Of a DNA stretch of 64,000 bases, positions 46,548 through 63,559 are shown piece after piece (the stretch's first letter is position 1; every line of letters begins with the position of its first letter). Made by a program: the position numbers and the translations under genes. The notes under the pieces were generated by a model. It saw nothing but the letters and a program-made list of their open reading frames with translations, did no database searches and was not told the origin of the DNA. Location of the stretch: NCBI RefSeq assembly GCF_055900595.2, contig NZ_CM148325.1; one strand, given 5' to 3'.

Positions 46548-47396
46548 ATGGCGACATACCTTATTGGCGACGTTCATGGTTGTTACGATGAACTGATCGC
46601 ATTGCTGCATAAAGTAGAATTTACCCCTGGGAAAGATACCCTCTGGCTGACAGGCGATCTGGTTGCGCGCGGACCGGGTTCGCTGGATGTTCTGCGCTAT
46701 GTGAAATCCTTAGGCGACAGCGTACGTCTGGTGCTGGGCAATCACGATCTGCATCTGCTGGCGGTATTCGCCGGGATCAGCCGCAATAAACCGAAAGATC
46801 GCCTGACACCGCTGCTGGAAGCGCCGGATGCCGACGAGCTGCTTAACTGGCTGCGTCGCCAGCCTTTGCTGCAAATCGACGAAGAGAAAAAGCTGGTAAT
46901 GGCCCACGCAGGGATCACGCCGCAGTGGGATCTGCAGACCGCCAAAGAGTGCGCACGCGATGTAGAAGCGGTGCTGTCGAGTGACTCCTATCCCTTCTTT
47001 CTCGACGCTATGTACGGCGATATGCCAAATAACTGGTCACCGGAATTGCGGGGGTTGGGAAGACTGCGTTTTATCACCAACGCCTTTACCCGTATGCGTT
47101 TTTGCTTCCCGAACGGTCAACTGGATATGTACAGCAAAGAATCGCCGGAAGAAGCCCCTGCCCCACTGAAACCGTGGTTTGCGATTCCTGGCCCTGTCGC
47201 TGAAGAGTACAGCATCGCCTTTGGTCACTGGGCATCGCTGGAGGGCAAAGGTACGCCGGAAGGTATTTACGCGCTGGATACTGGCTGCTGTTGGGGCGGG
47301 ACATTAACCTGCCTGCGCTGGGAAGATAAACAGTATTTTGTCCAGCCGTCGAACCGGCATAAGGATTTGGGTGAGGGAGAGGCGGTCGCGTCTTAA
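46548..47396 (+). CDS. apaH: ApaH, diadenosine tetraphosphatase (symmetrical)
   Basis: 282 aa [46 protein letters not shown]... (metallophosphatase motifs), ending ...[10 protein letters not shown]. Stop overlaps the ccdB stop on the opposite strand. Confidence 0.95.
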   Translation: MATYLIGDVHGCYDELIALLHKVEFTPGKDTLWLTGDLVARGPGSLDVLRYVKSLGDSVRLVLGNHDLHLLAVFAGISRNKPKDRLTPLLEAPDADELLNWLRRQPLLQIDEEKKLVMAHAGITPQWDLQTAKECARDVEAVLSSDSYPFFLDAMYGDMPNNWSPELRGLGRLRFITNAFTRMRFCFPNGQLDMYSKESPEEAPAPLKPWFAIPGPVAEEYSIAFGHWASLEGKGTPEGIYALDTGCCWGGTLTCLRWEDKQYFVQPSNRHKDLGEGEAVAS

Positions 47397-47707
47397 ATCC
47401 CGTCGAGCATAAAATCTAATGCTCCTTTAATCAAAGTTCGGTGCGCGCTGGCATCGCAAAATTTCGTTCCCAGCGTGTTAACTGGAACAGTTGCAGTCTC
47501 ATGCGTCATGAGCACATATTCTTTGCCGTCTACCAGTAAAAGGATTGGGTTAAGCCGTTCTGGTGGGCGAATATGGCTAAATCGTTCAATAGGTGTTAAT
47601 GGATTAACGATACGGCGATTAATCTCACCAATAATGTCGCTGGTAACATCGATAACAAAGGGCAACGCGGCGTTCCTGCCGCGACTGCGGTATACCGTAA
47701 ATTGCAT
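47393..47707 (-). CDS. ccdB: CcdB-family toxin (gyrase poison), chromosomal homologue
   Basis: 104 aa [44 protein letters not shown]...ATVPVNTLG...DFMLDGI. Shares the MQF-VY N-terminus, FVDV-SDII block, VPV and terminal GI with F-plasmid CcdB as I recall it. Sits 2 nt downstream of a CcdA-like ORF in antitoxin-toxin order. Confidence 0.85.
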   Translation of the reverse strand: MQFTVYRSRGRNAALPFVIDVTSDIIGEINRRIVNPLTPIERFSHIRPPERLNPILLLVDGKEYVLMTHETATVPVNTLGTKFCDASAHRTLIKGALDFMLDGI

Positions 47708-47709
47708 CG

Positions 47710-47943
47710 CTAGAAGTTCCGGTACTCATCAGAGAAACATCCGGTTTCATCAGCCAATTGATTTAACGCAGCGATAGCTTCTGCATTCTCTTCACGCCAA
47801 CGTGTTGCTGCATGTTTTTTAAGTTCAGCATTGAGCGCAACCGTAAGGGTGGCGCTCATATTTAAGCCTGCATCACGAGCGCGATTGACTAACTCACGGT
47901 CGACGGTGACGGTCACACTTTGTGTGGTACGTTTTGCAGTCAT
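47710..47943 (-). CDS. ccdA: CcdA-family antitoxin, chromosomal homologue
   Basis: 77 aa ORF MTAKRTTQSVTVTVDRELVNRARDAGLNMSATL...RWREENAEAIAALNQLADETGCFSDEYRNF. Resembles F-plasmid CcdA (TVTVD N-terminal ribbon region; RW-EN ... F-DE-R-F C-terminus). Good Shine-Dalgarno (CAGGAGCACGATATCATG). Confidence 0.85.
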   Translation of the reverse strand: MTAKRTTQSVTVTVDRELVNRARDAGLNMSATLTVALNAELKKHAATRWREENAEAIAALNQLADETGCFSDEYRNF

Positions 47944-48028
47944 GATATCGTGCTCCTGTACAATTTATACGTCTTGTATACACGGATATCTGCACGTATC
48001 AGTGATGCCGGAATTCTGATATACAAAC
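47944..48028 (-). promoter_or_regulatory. Putative ccdAB promoter/operator
   Basis: The 85-bp folA-ccdA spacer contains clustered GTATAC-like elements (TGTACA, TTATACG, TGTATACA, CGTATCA, GATATACA), resembling the short palindromic operator repeats of plasmid ccd operons. Confidence 0.5.
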
Positions 48029-50554
<2,526 letters not shown>

Positions 50555-50562
<8 letters not shown>

Positions 50563-51085
50563 GATGTGCCTCCTGCCATTCCAGCAGACGTTGCTTATAA
50601 TGACGCGCCTGCCCTTCGAGGGTTTCGTCGTCACAAATAAAGGTACAGTGCATGGCAAACGGTGGCAGCCAGTTCAGCCCGCAGTAGATTGCCGTCGCCT
50701 GTAGCGGCTGCGACAGCACATCAAAGCCCGGATGCGCGCCAATCTCAAAATGACTTTCCCCGCCGCCGGTCGTCACCGCCCACAGCAAATGTTTACCATG
50801 CAGTGCCGTGCCGCCGTGACCGTAAGCCCAGCCGTGCGAGAAAACTTTATCGATCCAAAGTTTGAGGAGCGGTGGAATGCTGTACCACTGCATCGGGTGC
50901 TGCCAGACGATCAGGTCGGCGCGAGACAACGCCTCCTGCTCGGCAGCAATATCGATATTGAAGTCAGGATAGAGTTGATAAAGAGAGCGAACTTCGACGC
51001 CTTCCAGCGTCCTTGCGTGTTCAAGCATCCGTTTATTCGCATGAGAATGATGCGGATACGGATGCGCATAAATTATGAGGATCAT
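50555..51085 (-). CDS. kefF: KefF, flavodoxin-like quinone oxidoreductase / KefC ancillary subunit
   Basis: 176 aa [45 protein letters not shown]...; overlaps the kefC start by 8 nt. Confidence 0.94.
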
Positions 51086-51192
51086 AGTTAACTCGCGTGT
51101 TTACGCCTTTGTTTTCCCACAAAGTGTAGTCACATATTCACGCAGCTAATAGTCAATAATATTGATTCAAAAAAGGCAGAAATCTGAATAAA

Positions 51193-52524
51193 TTACCCCA
51201 TTCGTTGCCTGCGAATCGTCATATTGCTGGTCTGGGCCAGCGACATCCCCCGTGTCTCTGGCGCAAACGCAATGGAAATCAACAAACCAAACAGCGAGAT
51301 ACCTGCTCCCATCAGCATCGTGTTACTGATGCCGTAATTATTGATAAAGATCGGCAGCGCCCAAGTTGAAACAATGGTGCCAATACGGCTTAAGGACATA
51401 ATAACGCCCACAGCAGAGGCGCGGATATCCGTCGGGAAGAGTTCATTAGGATAGAGCCACTGCAAATTACCCGGCCCGCCAGAGAAAAAGGCATACACCG
51501 CAAAGGCCATCACTACCAGCCAGATCCCCATATCCGGGATCAGCCCCAAAACCGCCAACGCCAGCGTCATCATGGCAAAGCTGCCAATCAACAACGGACG
51601 CCGTCCGGCAGTGTTTAGCCACAGCATCGGCGGAATACAGCCGAGCATAAAGAACAGGCTAATCACCACGTTCCCCAGTGCCGCGTTTTTGCCAACCCCC
51701 AATCCCAGCAGACCAACGATTTGCGGGCCAAAGGTGTAAATAGCGAACATTGGGATCACCTGGCAGGTCCAGATGGCGGCAACAAACAGAACAAAAGGAA
51801 AATGGCGGCGATTAAACAGATCGCGAAAACGGGTTTGCTGCGGCGGCTCTTCGTCGAAAGCCACCGGTTCGCCAAACAGTTTGATCATCATCTCTTCGCA
51901 CTCTTTTACTCGCCCTTTGCGTAACAACCAGCGGGGAGATTCAGGCAGTTCGAATCGACCAATCAAAATCAACAAACAGGGAATCGCTGCGCTACCCAGC
52001 ATCCAGCGCCAGCCGCCTTCCACATCATAAAGCCAATAGCCGACCAAATCGGCGCAGGTCGCGCCGACATACCACATCGCGGCGATAAAGCTGATGGAAA
52101 ACGCCCGCTGACGGGTACTGGAGAACTCAGTGATCATCGAAGTCGCGATGGGATAATCCGCACCGATGACAATGCCGATGAGTACCCGCATCACTAACAG
52201 TTCGACGGGGGATGAGACAAACATCGTCGCCACCGATATCACGCCGATGGCGATGATATCAATGAGGAACATTTTGCGCCGTCCGACTTTATCGGAGATA
52301 TAGCCAAACAGCGATGTGCCAACGAACAGCCCGGCGAGCGTTCCCGCGCCCAGCAAGCCAATCCAGTCAGCGTCCAGTTTCAGCGCCGGAGTCAGTTGCT
52401 CCAGCGCCACGCCAATCATTACCAGTACATAACCATCCAGAAACGGACCACCGCTTCCCCACAGCAAAATGCGGCGGTGAATAGAAGAGAATTTAAGATC
52501 GTCAAAGTTTCTGGACGGTTGCAT
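51193..52524 (-). CDS. yaaU: YaaU, putative MFS transporter
   Basis: 443 aa 12-TM-like ORF MQPSRNFDDLKFSSIHRRILLWGSGGPFLDGYVLVMIGVAL... Confidence 0.9.
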   Translation of the reverse strand: MQPSRNFDDLKFSSIHRRILLWGSGGPFLDGYVLVMIGVALEQLTPALKLDADWIGLLGAGTLAGLFVGTSLFGYISDKVGRRKMFLIDIIAIGVISVATMFVSSPVELLVMRVLIGIVIGADYPIATSMITEFSSTRQRAFSISFIAAMWYVGATCADLVGYWLYDVEGGWRWMLGSAAIPCLLILIGRFELPESPRWLLRKGRVKECEEMMIKLFGEPVAFDEEPPQQTRFRDLFNRRHFPFVLFVAAIWTCQVIPMFAIYTFGPQIVGLLGLGVGKNAALGNVVISLFFMLGCIPPMLWLNTAGRRPLLIGSFAMMTLALAVLGLIPDMGIWLVVMAFAVYAFFSGGPGNLQWLYPNELFPTDIRASAVGVIMSLSRIGTIVSTWALPIFINNYGISNTMLMGAGISLFGLLISIAFAPETRGMSLAQTSNMTIRRQRMG

Positions 52525-52583
52525 GGGTTATTCCTGTTTTTTTTGCAATGAGAGTCAGTACGGCGTTACGTATCAAACCAACA

Positions 52584-52871
52584 TCAGCCGTAACGAAACT
52601 CCACACCAAAGGTGCCGCGCGGGTATTCCCACTGTTCCAGCGCCGACCCCAGCCCCAGAATTCGGCAGGTGCCACACTCCAGACATCCGGCGTAATCGAA
52701 ACGCACGCTGCCGTCATCCTGCTTCTTATACAGACCTGCGGGGCACGCTTTCACCAGCAGCTCCAGCGCCTGTTTATCCGCATCGGCCTTTACAACAATG
52801 TGCGGATGCTCTTCATCGACATTGAATTTATTGACGCCCAGTTTGACGTCCACATTGACGGGAGAAGTCAT
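52584..52871 (-). CDS. fixX: FixX, ferredoxin-like protein
   Basis: 95 aa ORF MTSPVNVDVKLGVNKFNVDEEHPHIVVKADADKQALELLVKACPAGLYK...CLECGTC. Confidence 0.93.
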   Translation of the reverse strand: MTSPVNVDVKLGVNKFNVDEEHPHIVVKADADKQALELLVKACPAGLYKKQDDGSVRFDYAGCLECGTCRILGLGSALEQWEYPRGTFGVEFRYG

Positions 52872-54154
52872 AAAACGGTCACTCCTTTCATGCCATCCTT
52901 GATCAGATTGATGAAGCCCACTTTCTTGCCGTGGCGGAGGATTTTCTTGCGCATCAGTTCCGGCGCGCTGCCGTCAATGGTGAACAGGTCACGCGCCACA
53001 CCCACCGCCAGTTCCGGGTAGCCGCTAAACATGCGTGGGTTATCAAGGAACGCCGGTAGTTTCTGGTACATACGCATATCGCGCAGCGGGCCACTCTCAA
53101 GATGCTGACGATATTCCGCCAGTTTTTGCTTACTAAAATCGTCGCTTTTCATCGCTGAAAGCACGGTTTTTGCAGCAGCTTCCCCGGCGGCAATCGCCAG
53201 ATCCATACCGCGAATAGTAAAACCGAGGTTCATACACATTCCGGCAGCATCACCGGCAATCAACACGCCGTCACCGACCAGCTCCGGCAACATGTTGATG
53301 CCTGCTTCCGGCACTACGTGAGCGGAATATTCCACCAGCTTGCCACCCGCGATCAGCGGTGCAACGGCCGGATGCTGTTTGAAATCTTCCAGCATTTGCG
53401 GTACCGATTTTTTTGCGTCATGCAGATGATGCAGACCGCAAACCAGCCCCAGCGACAGGGTATTTTCATTGGTATAAAGGAAGCCGCCGCCCATCAGGCC
53501 ATCAGTAGGTGATCCCGCAAACAGGCAAGCCGCCCCCTGATTACCCTGCAACTGAAAACGGTCTTCGATAACCGACTTCGGTAACTCGATCAGTTCCTTC
53601 ACGCCAACCGCCACATCCGTCGGTTTGACGCGTTTTGCCATCCCCAGCTTTTCGGCAAGGATGGAATTCACCCCGTCAGCAAGGATCACCGTTTTCGCTT
53701 CAATCACATCGCCATCGGCTTCTACGCCGACAACTTTGCCATCGCGCTGTACGAGGTTATCGACACGAATCCCGGTAATTAACTGCGCGCCCGCCTCTTC
53801 GGCCTGCTCCATCAGCCAGGCATCAAATTTACTGCGCAAAACGGAGTAAGAACGCTGGGATGGCGAGGTTTCGTCGCCATTGCAGTAGTCCATAGTCATC
53901 GCTGACTTTTCCGTCATAAACGCGAGTTTTTCATGGGTGATCAGGCGTTCTACGGGGGCGGATTCGGCGAAACCAGGAATAATGTGTTCCAGACTGTGGG
54001 CATAGAGACGCCCGCCGGTGACGTTCTTGGCACCTGCGGAATTGCCACGCTCGATAACTAACACTTGCGCCCCTTCGCGGGCGAGCACCAGTGCGGCAAC
54101 CGAACCGGCAAGCCCTGCACCGACGATGATGGCGTCAAAGATATCTTCGGACAT
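52868..54154 (-). CDS. fixC: FixC, flavoprotein-quinone oxidoreductase (ETF-QO-like)
   Basis: 428 aa ORF MSEDIFDAIIVGAGLAGSVAALVLAREGAQVLVIERG... (FAD-binding GxGxxG). Confidence 0.94.
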   Translation of the reverse strand: MSEDIFDAIIVGAGLAGSVAALVLAREGAQVLVIERGNSAGAKNVTGGRLYAHSLEHIIPGFAESAPVERLITHEKLAFMTEKSAMTMDYCNGDETSPSQRSYSVLRSKFDAWLMEQAEEAGAQLITGIRVDNLVQRDGKVVGVEADGDVIEAKTVILADGVNSILAEKLGMAKRVKPTDVAVGVKELIELPKSVIEDRFQLQGNQGAACLFAGSPTDGLMGGGFLYTNENTLSLGLVCGLHHLHDAKKSVPQMLEDFKQHPAVAPLIAGGKLVEYSAHVVPEAGINMLPELVGDGVLIAGDAAGMCMNLGFTIRGMDLAIAAGEAAAKTVLSAMKSDDFSKQKLAEYRQHLESGPLRDMRMYQKLPAFLDNPRMFSGYPELAVGVARDLFTIDGSAPELMRKKILRHGKKVGFINLIKDGMKGVTVL

Positions 54155-54204
54155 AAGAGCTCCCTGTCAGCGGCAGGGCCGAAATGCAGCCCTGCCAGAG
54201 TGGA

Positions 54205-55146
54205 TCAACGCGCTAAAGCGGCGGTCAGCGCCGGAAGGATCTTCACGGCGTCACCAACAATGCCGTAATCCGCGAACTGGAAGATCGGCGCATTTTTATC
54301 TTTGTTGATGGCGAAAATAGTTTGCGACGCGTTAGCGCCAACCATGTGCTGGATCTGCCCGGAGATCCCCACCGCCAGGTACAATTCAGGTTTCAGCATC
54401 AGGTTGGAGATACCGACATAGCGTTCGTGCTCCATCCATTTTTCGTTTTCTGCCACCGGACGAGAACAGGCCAGCTCCGCACCTATCGCCTTGCAAAGCT
54501 GTTCTGCCAGCGCAATGTTCTCTTTGCTGCCAATGCCGCGGCCGACGCTGACCACCAGACGGGCTTTATCCAGATCGACGCTGTTGCTCTGGCGCGCCTG
54601 CGTTGCCGTGCGGGTAATCGCCACCGCCGGAGCCTGCCACGCCACGGTGTGTGTTTCGCCAGTACGTGACGCGTCTGGCTGAGCCGCATCAAACGTGCCG
54701 CTGCTGATGGTCAGTACCGCATACGGCGTGGCAATGCGTTCTTCGCCAATCGCCAGACCGCCGTAAACCATGTGTTTCACTGTCGCTTTACCGTCCTGCA
54801 CGCTAACTGCGCTGGCATCGTTCGAAACCGCCGCTTTAAGGCGATAACCCAGTTTTGCCGCCAGTAATTTGCCGCGACGGCTATTCGGCAACAGCACCAG
54901 ACCGTCTGCGCCGTGCTGGCGAATAGTGTCAGCCATGACACCGGCGTAATCTTCGATCATCCGATCGTCCGGTTTGCCGCTTAATGTCCAGACATGATTA
55001 GCACCAAGCTGGATTGCCAGTGCGCCGTCGGCATCATTGAGGACAAAGGTGTTGATTTGATTAGCTAAAGCCTGCGCACCGTTCATCAGTTCCGGCAGAC
55101 GAGAAGGGGTATCGCTGAATACCCAGACTTGAGAAAACGTGTTCAT
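54205..55146 (-). CDS. fixB: FixB, electron transfer flavoprotein alpha-subunit homologue
   Basis: 313 aa [40 protein letters not shown]... Confidence 0.94.
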   Translation of the reverse strand: MNTFSQVWVFSDTPSRLPELMNGAQALANQINTFVLNDADGALAIQLGANHVWTLSGKPDDRMIEDYAGVMADTIRQHGADGLVLLPNSRRGKLLAAKLGYRLKAAVSNDASAVSVQDGKATVKHMVYGGLAIGEERIATPYAVLTISSGTFDAAQPDASRTGETHTVAWQAPAVAITRTATQARQSNSVDLDKARLVVSVGRGIGSKENIALAEQLCKAIGAELACSRPVAENEKWMEHERYVGISNLMLKPELYLAVGISGQIQHMVGANASQTIFAINKDKNAPIFQFADYGIVGDAVKILPALTAALAR

Positions 55147-55160
55147 AGCATCCCCTGTAA

Positions 55161-55931
55161 TTAAATGACTTTGCGAAGATTTTCAGCAAATGCGGCGATC
55201 TGTTCTTCGCCGTCACCTTCAATCACGATGCGCTGACGCTCGCGCTGTTTCGGTGCGGCAACCTGTTGTTCAGACCAGGCTTCCACGGCGTTAAAGCCAA
55301 TATCCGCCGCCGACCATACCTGGACTGGCTTTTTCGCCGCGCCGAGAATGGCTTTCATCGAAGGAATTTGTGGGGAATTGATATCAGTGGAAACAGCAAC
55401 AACCGCAGGCAGCGGAATGCTTAAGGTTTCTGTTTCATCTTCCAGTTCGCGCTCAACGGTGAGGGTATCTGCCGTCAGGGAGATAATTTTGCTGACGCCG
55501 TTAACTGCCGGAATATTGAGGATTTCGCCCACCAGCAGACCAACCTGCTGGGCATAAAGGTCGGAAGAACCATCGCCACAAAGGATCAAATCAAAGCCTG
55601 CTTTCTGGGCGGCAGCAGCCAGTGCGGTCGCCGTTTGTTGCGGCAGTGCCTGCTCGAACTGGTCATCAATCACCACAATCAGTTCATCCGGGCCGCGCGA
55701 TAGCACATCTTTACGCCCTTTGGCGTTAGTCAGGGCTTTACCGCCCACACTTAGGGCCGTCACCTGCGCCTCTGCTGCCTGTTGCTTTAGCTGGCAAGCC
55801 GCTTCAATAGCGTTGAGATCGTATTGGCTTATTTTGGCATCGGCTTTACTGAAGTCTAACGAACCATCAGCATTATTGACCGCAATATCCTGTTCATCAG
55901 GCACGCACTTATAGCAAGTAATAATCTTCAT
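55161..55931 (-). CDS. fixA: FixA, electron transfer flavoprotein beta-subunit homologue
   Basis: ORF-track frame N-extended by 21 codons; start [27 protein letters not shown] gives 256 aa. Confidence 0.94.
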   Translation of the reverse strand: MKIITCYKCVPDEQDIAVNNADGSLDFSKADAKISQYDLNAIEAACQLKQQAAEAQVTALSVGGKALTNAKGRKDVLSRGPDELIVVIDDQFEQALPQQTATALAAAAQKAGFDLILCGDGSSDLYAQQVGLLVGEILNIPAVNGVSKIISLTADTLTVERELEDETETLSIPLPAVVAVSTDINSPQIPSMKAILGAAKKPVQVWSAADIGFNAVEAWSEQQVAAPKQRERQRIVIEGDGEEQIAAFAENLRKVI

Positions 55932-57918
<1,987 letters not shown>

Positions 57919-57948
57919 TTAACCCACAAAATATCAAGAGGTTGAAAG

Positions 57949-59091
57949 ATGGATTTTAATTTAAATGATGAGCAGGAACTGTTTGTCGCCGGTATCCGCG
58001 AACTGATGGCCAGCGAAAACTGGGAGGCCTATTTTGCCGAGTGCGACCGTGACAGCGTCTACCCGGAACGTTTTGTCAAAGCACTGGCAGATATGGGTAT
58101 CGACAGCCTGCTTATCCCGGAAGAGCACGGCGGGCTGGACGCAGGTTTTGTCACCCTCGCCGCCGTGTGGATGGAATTGGGTCGTTTGGGGGCACCAACC
58201 TACGTGCTGTATCAGTTGCCGGGTGGATTCAACACCTTCCTGCGCGAAGGCACACAAGAGCAGATCGACAAGATTATGGCGTTTCGTGGTACTGGTAAGC
58301 AGATGTGGAACTCAGCGATTACCGAACCAGGGGCTGGCTCTGACGTGGGTAGCCTGAAAACGACTTATACCCGTAGAAATGGTAAGATTTATCTTAATGG
58401 TAGTAAGTGTTTTATTACCAGCAGCGCCTACACCCCGTACATCGTGGTGATGGCGCGTGACGGGGCTTCTCCGGACAAACCTGTCTACACCGAATGGTTT
58501 GTTGATATGAGCAAACCGGGCATCAAAGTGACCAAACTTGAGAAGCTCGGTCTGCGTATGGATAGCTGCTGTGAAATCACCTTTGACGATGTGGAACTGG
58601 ACGAGAAAGACATGTTCGGTCGGGAAGGTAACGGCTTTAACCGCGTCAAAGAAGAGTTCGATCATGAACGTTTCCTGGTAGCTCTCACCAACTACGGTAC
58701 GGCGATGTGCGCCTTTGAAGATGCGGCGCGCTACGCCAACCAGCGCGTACAGTTTGGCGAGGCTATTGGTCGTTTCCAGTTGATTCAGGAAAAATTCGCC
58801 CACATGGCGATCAAATTAAACTCCATGAAAAACATGCTGTATGAAGCAGCGTGGAAAGCAGACAACGGCACCATCACCTCTGGCGATGCAGCGATGTGCA
58901 AATACTTCTGCGCCAATGCGGCATTTGAAGTGGTGGATAGCGCAATGCAGGTGCTGGGCGGTGTTGGGATTGCGGGCAACCACCGCATCAGCCGCTTCTG
59001 GCGTGACCTGCGTGTAGACCGCGTTTCCGGAGGATCTGACGAAATGCAGATCCTGACGCTGGGTCGCGCGGTGCTGAAGCAATATCGCTAA
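57949..59091 (+). CDS. caiA: CaiA, crotonobetainyl-CoA reductase (acyl-CoA dehydrogenase family)
   Basis: 380 aa [53 protein letters not shown]... Confidence 0.96.
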
Positions 59092-59100
59092 GTCCGTGCG

Positions 59101-59190
59101 CTGCCTGATGCGACGCTGACGCGTCTTATCAGGCCTACGGGAGCACGAATGTCGGCCGGATAAAGCGTTTACGCCGCATCCGGCAGTCAT
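59101..59190. repeat. REP/BIME palindromic repeats between caiA and caiB
   Basis: CTGCCTGATGCGACGCTGACGCGTCTTATCAGGCCTAC ... GTCGGCCGGATAAAGCGTTTACGCCGCATCCGGCAG. Confidence 0.8.
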
Positions 59191-59201
59191 GTGCTACATA
59201 A

Positions 59202-60437
<1,236 letters not shown>

Positions 60438-60510
60438 ACGCGTGGCGTCAGTCGGCTTGCCTGACTAGCGCCCGCCCAATAACAAACGAACAAAAATGGA
60501 TAGAGGTGCA

Positions 60511-62064
60511 ATGGATATCATTGGCGGACAACATCTACGTCAAATGTGGGACGATCTGGCTGACATTTACGGTCATAAAACGGCGTTGATTTGTGAATCC
60601 AGCGGCGGAGTCGTTAACCGGTACAGTTATCTTGAGTTAAATCAGGAAATTAACCGCACGGCAAACCTGTTTTATACGCTGGGGATTCGCAAAGGCGACA
60701 AGGTTGCTCTACATCTCGACAACTGCCCGGAATTTATCTTTTGCTGGTTCGGGCTGGTAAAAATTGGCGCAATTATGGTGCCGATTAACGCCCGCCTGTT
60801 GCGCGAAGAAAGCGCGTGGATCCTGCAAAATAGCCAGGCGTGCCTGCTGGTGACCAGTGCGCAGTTCTATCCCATGTATCAACAGATTCAGCAGGAAGAT
60901 GCCACGCAACTGCGGCACATTTGCCTGACAGATGTGGAGCTTCCCGCTGATGATGGCGTGAGTTCGTTTACTCAACTGAAAAATCAACAACCTGCCACCT
61001 TGTGCTATGCACCGCCGCTATCGACTGACGATACGGCGGAAATTCTCTTTACCTCCGGTACCACTTCCCGGCCGAAAGGGGTGGTGATTACCCATTACAA
61101 CCTGCGCTTCGCCGGATATTACTCCGCCTGGCAATGTGCACTGCGTGACGATGACGTCTACCTGACGGTAATGCCTGCGTTTCATATTGACTGCCAGTGT
61201 ACTGCGGCGATGGCGGCGTTTTCTGCCGGGGCCACCTTTGTGCTTGTCGAGAAATACAGCGCCCGCGCCTTCTGGGGACAGGTGCAGAAGTACCGCGCCA
61301 CCGTTACCGAATGCATTCCGATGATGATCCGTACCTTGATGGTGCAGCCGCCTTCTATGAACGATCGGCAACACCATCTGCGAGAAGTGATGTTTTATCT
61401 CAACCTGTCTGAGCAGGAAAAAGACGCATTTTGTGAACGCTTTGGCGTCCGCTTGCTGACGTCTTATGGGATGACGGAAACCATTGTTGGCATTATCGGC
61501 GATCGCCCCGGCGATAAACGACGCTGGCCGTCAATTGGCCGTGCAGGATTTTGCTACGAAGCGGAGATCCGCGACGATCACAATCGTCCGCTCCCGGCTG
61601 GTGAAATCGGTGAAATCTGCATTAAAGGCGTACCAGGGAAAACCATCTTCAAAGAATATTTTCTTAACCCGCAAGCCACTGCCAGAGTCCTGGAAGCCGA
61701 TGGCTGGCTGCACACTGGCGATACCGGATACCGCGACGAAGAGGGCTTTTTTTATTTCGTCGATCGCCGCTGCAATATGATTAAACGCGGTGGCGAGAAT
61801 GTCTCCTGCGTGGAGTTGGAAAATATTATCGCCGCGCACCCGAAAATTCAGGACATCGTGGTTGTTGGTATTAAAGATTCGATTCGCGATGAAGCCATCA
61901 AAGCGTTTGTGGTGCTGAATGAAGGTGAAACATTGAGCGAAGAGGAATTCTTCAACTTCTGCGAACAGAATATGGCGAAATTTAAAGTGCCCTCTTATCT
62001 GGAGATCAGAAAAGATCTGCCACGTAATTGCTCGGGGAAAATAATTAGAAAGAATCTGAAATAA
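60511..62064 (+). CDS. caiC: CaiC, crotonobetaine/carnitine--CoA ligase
   Basis: [33 protein letters not shown]..., 517 aa from the ATG at 60511 (ORF track offers a 522-aa version from 60496). AMP-binding motif [10 protein letters not shown]. Confidence 0.94.
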   Translation: MDIIGGQHLRQMWDDLADIYGHKTALICESSGGVVNRYSYLELNQEINRTANLFYTLGIRKGDKVALHLDNCPEFIFCWFGLVKIGAIMVPINARLLREESAWILQNSQACLLVTSAQFYPMYQQIQQEDATQLRHICLTDVELPADDGVSSFTQLKNQQPATLCYAPPLSTDDTAEILFTSGTTSRPKGVVITHYNLRFAGYYSAWQCALRDDDVYLTVMPAFHIDCQCTAAMAAFSAGATFVLVEKYSARAFWGQVQKYRATVTECIPMMIRTLMVQPPSMNDRQHHLREVMFYLNLSEQEKDAFCERFGVRLLTSYGMTETIVGIIGDRPGDKRRWPSIGRAGFCYEAEIRDDHNRPLPAGEIGEICIKGVPGKTIFKEYFLNPQATARVLEADGWLHTGDTGYRDEEGFFYFVDRRCNMIKRGGENVSCVELENIIAAHPKIQDIVVVGIKDSIRDEAIKAFVVLNEGETLSEEEFFNFCEQNMAKFKVPSYLEIRKDLPRNCSGKIIRKNLK

Positions 62065-62172
62065 ATGAAACGGCAGGGAACTACCCTGCACACTAATAAT
62101 CACGTTCTAAAACAATATGCATTTTTTGCAGGGATGTTGTCGTCCCTGAAAAAGCAAAAATGGAGAAAAGGA

Positions 62173-62958
62173 ATGAGTGAATCATTACATCTGACCCGCA
62201 ATGGATCAATTCTGGAAATTACCCTTGATCGCCCAAAAGCGAATGCTATTGATGCAAAAACCAGCTTTGAAATGGGCGAAGTATTTCTAAATTTCCGTGA
62301 CGATCCGCAATTACGTGTCGCCATTATTACCGGTGCCGGAGAGAAATTCTTTTCCGCAGGCTGGGATTTAAAGGCGGCAGCAGAAGGCGAAGCACCTGAT
62401 GCTGACTTTGGCCCGGGTGGTTTTGCGGGATTAACCGAAATTTTCAATCTCGACAAACCGGTTATCGCAGCTGTGAACGGCTACGCCTTTGGCGGCGGCT
62501 TTGCACTGGCACTGGCGGCAGATTTTATTGTCTGTGCCGATAACGCCAGCTTCGCCCTGCCGGAAGCCAAACTGGGCATCGTTCCTGACAGCGGCGGTGT
62601 GCTGCGTCTGCCGAAGATCCTGCCGCCTGCTATCGTCAATGAAATGGTGATGACCGGCAGAAGAATGAGCGCAGAAGAGGCGCTGCGTTGGGGGGTAGTC
62701 AACCGCGTGGTTAGCCAGGCGGAACTGATGGATAACGCCCGCGAACTGGCGCAACAACTGGTTGACAGCGCCCCGCTGGCGATTGCGGCGCTGAAAGAGA
62801 TCTACCGCACCACCAGCGAAATGCCGGTAGAAGAAGCGTATCGCTATATTCGCAGCGGCGTGTTGAAACACTATCCATCGGTTCTGCATTCGGAAGATGC
62901 CATTGAAGGGCCGCTGGCGTTTGCCGAAAAGCGCGATCCGGTGTGGAAAGGACGTTAA
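62173..62958 (+). CDS. caiD: CaiD, carnitinyl-CoA dehydratase (crotonase family)
   Basis: ORF-track frame N-extended by 36 codons; ATG at 62173 preceded by GGAGAAAAGG gives [41 protein letters not shown]..., 261 aa. Confidence 0.94.
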   Translation: MSESLHLTRNGSILEITLDRPKANAIDAKTSFEMGEVFLNFRDDPQLRVAIITGAGEKFFSAGWDLKAAAEGEAPDADFGPGGFAGLTEIFNLDKPVIAAVNGYAFGGGFALALAADFIVCADNASFALPEAKLGIVPDSGGVLRLPKILPPAIVNEMVMTGRRMSAEEALRWGVVNRVVSQAELMDNARELAQQLVDSAPLAIAALKEIYRTTSEMPVEEAYRYIRSGVLKHYPSVLHSEDAIEGPLAFAEKRDPVWKGR

Positions 62959-62963
62959 CAACC

Positions 62964-63554
62964 GTGAGTTATTACGCCTTTGAGGGGTTAATTCCAGTGG
63001 TTCACCCGACGGCGTTTGTCCATCCCAGTGCGGTCTTGATTGGCGATGTGATTGTGGGAGCCGGTGTCTACATCGGCCCACTCGCCTCACTGCGTGGTGA
63101 CTACGGGCGGTTGATCGTGCAAGCGGGAGCCAATATTCAGGATGGTTGCATTATGCATGGCTACTGCGACACTGACACCATCGTTGGGGAAAACGGCCAT
63201 ATCGGGCACGGAGCAATCCTACATGGTTGTGTGATTGGTCGCGATGCATTGGTCGGGATGAACAGCGTGATTATGGATGGCGCGGTCATTGGCGAAGAGA
63301 GCATTGTTGCCGCCATGAGCTTTGTCAAAGCAGGCTTTAGCGGCGAGAAACGCCAGTTGTTGATGGGTACGCCTGCCCGCGCTGTACGCAGTGTTAGTGA
63401 CGACGAGTTACACTGGAAGCAGTTGAATACCAAAGAGTATCAGGATCTTGTCGGCCGCTGCCATGTAGCGTTACATGAAACGCAGCCGTTGAGACAAATG
63501 GAGGAAAATCGTCCCCGTTTGCAGGGGACGACGGATGTGGCGCCAAAGCAGTGA
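62964..63554 (+). CDS. caiE: CaiE, carnitine operon protein (hexapeptide-repeat / gamma-carbonic-anhydrase-like)
   Basis: GTG at 62964 gives [46 protein letters not shown]..., 196 aa (the ORF track starts 7 codons earlier at another GTG). Confidence 0.92.
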   Translation: MSYYAFEGLIPVVHPTAFVHPSAVLIGDVIVGAGVYIGPLASLRGDYGRLIVQAGANIQDGCIMHGYCDTDTIVGENGHIGHGAILHGCVIGRDALVGMNSVIMDGAVIGEESIVAAMSFVKAGFSGEKRQLLMGTPARAVRSVSDDELHWKQLNTKEYQDLVGRCHVALHETQPLRQMEENRPRLQGTTDVAPKQ

Positions 63555-63559
63555 CATCG

